Part shown: positions 22,462 through 23,156 of the stretch, one piece after another
Position numbering within the stretch: the stretch's first letter is position 1
How the letters are laid out: each line of letters starts with the position of its first letter
Source of the DNA: Utricularia gibba
Lineage: Eukaryota > Plantae > Magnoliophyta
Direction of reading: 5' to 3'
NCBI GenBank assembly: GCA_002189035.1
Contig: NEEC01000213.1
Location: forward strand, 1-23,156
Length of the DNA: 23,156 nt
Translations under genes and position numbers: made by a program
The notes under the pieces: generated by a model
Databases searched by the model: none
Seen by the model: the letters and a program-made list of their open reading frames with translations, nothing else
Told to the model about the DNA's origin: nothing

Positions 22462-23156
22462 TGGGGGTCGCGCCGGGCATGAGCCCAAAGTCAGTTTTAG
22501 CCCGGCGAAAAAAGGGATGCATTTCTTAGCGTTGGGTTATCACGAGCCGCCTAATTTTTTTTCGTGGAACACCATCTAGTTTTGTGGGGGGGCGCTCTCG
22601 AGGGGCCCTTGGCTTGGGCCCCGGGTTCGGTCTGGCTGATGAGCCCACTCTGGTCCCACTCGGCGAAAATCGTGACACATTTGTTGAAATTAGGATGTCA
22701 CGTGCACCCAACACGGTTTTTCAACAACACGCTTTATACTTGTGGAGACGCTCTCGGGGGGCACTCGAATCTTCCCATACGTCGTACCAGGCTCGAGCGT
22801 AAAGTCATTGTAGCCCGGCAAAGAAAGTGATGCATTTATTAACTTTGGGTTGTCACGAGCCGCCTAAATGGTTTTCCATGGAACACCTTCTAGTTTTGGG
22901 GGGGAGGGGAGCGGGGCGCTGCGCCTCGTCCGGCCCCGGGAGCCCGGTCCCGTCCGACTCGACGAAAATCGTGATGCATTTGTTGAAGTTAGGATGTCAC
23001 GAGAACCGCACACCGTTTTTTTCAACAACACACTTTATACTTAAGGAGGAGCTCTCGGGGGGGCACCCTGATCGAGCCGGAGGTCGTGCCGAACTCGGGC
23101 CCAAAGTCAGCAGTAGCGCGCCAAAAAAAGTGATGCATTTATTAACGTTGGGTTGT
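22462..23156 (+). repeat. A/B ~150-bp monomer sub-array (copy 10, cut by window end)
   Basis: Ends inside monomer A3; several single-base indels and substitutions relative to the inner copies. Confidence 0.9.

Larger units (their letters stand above)
1..23156 (+). repeat. Head-to-tail tandem array (macrosatellite-like), ~2,336-bp unit, ~9.9 copies
   Basis: Anchor AATTTTAGAGACTCGATGGG recurs at 1, 2324, 4656, 6992, 9328, 11664, 13998, 16333, 18669, 21005. Unit lengths are 2323, 2332, 2336, 2336, 2336, 2334, 2335, 2336, 2336, last partial. The ORF track repeats with the same period. Confidence 0.99.

Noticed and set aside
1216-22830. All short ORFs in the supplied track as protein-coding genes
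   Set aside because: They overlap in several frames and on both strands, lie in repeat DNA, change with homopolymer length between copies and show no recognisable domain apart from the Harbinger tail.
1-23156. 5S or 45S rDNA array, tRNA or snRNA gene array
   Set aside because: No recognisable 5S, 5.8S, 18S, 25S, tRNA or U-snRNA sequence in the unit; only a loose spacer-like resemblance, reported as a low-confidence finding.

Overview
The whole window is one head-to-tail tandem array: about 9.9 copies of a ~2,336-bp unit. Unit starts, anchored on AATTTTAGAGAC, are 1, 2324, 4656, 6992, 9328, 11664, 13998, 16333, 18669 and 21005, all in the same orientation and nearly identical. I find no intact gene, RNA gene or CRISPR array, and the supplied ORFs are repeat-derived. 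Each unit is a mosaic of eukaryotic, most likely plant, transposon debris in four parts. (1) A ~250-bp frameshifted C-terminal relic of a PIF/Harbinger DDE transposase, readable only across three frames. (2) A ~900-bp foldback-type inverted repeat built from ~62-bp modules (5 left, 6 right) around a perfect 13-bp GC-rich central stem. (3) One orphan hAT(Ac/Ds)-like terminus (TAGAGATGGGC plus AACCC/GGGTT motif pairs). (4) A T-rich tract followed by a GC-rich ~850-bp sub-array of alternating A/B ~150-bp monomers. The parts are old (arms and monomers clearly diverged) but the units are young (almost no substitutions). Copy differences are mostly homopolymer-length changes concentrated at the window ends. 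A chromosomal macrosatellite therefore cannot be distinguished here from a concatemer of a 2.3-kb circle or a collapsed long-read assembly. The species cannot be identified from the sequence alone.
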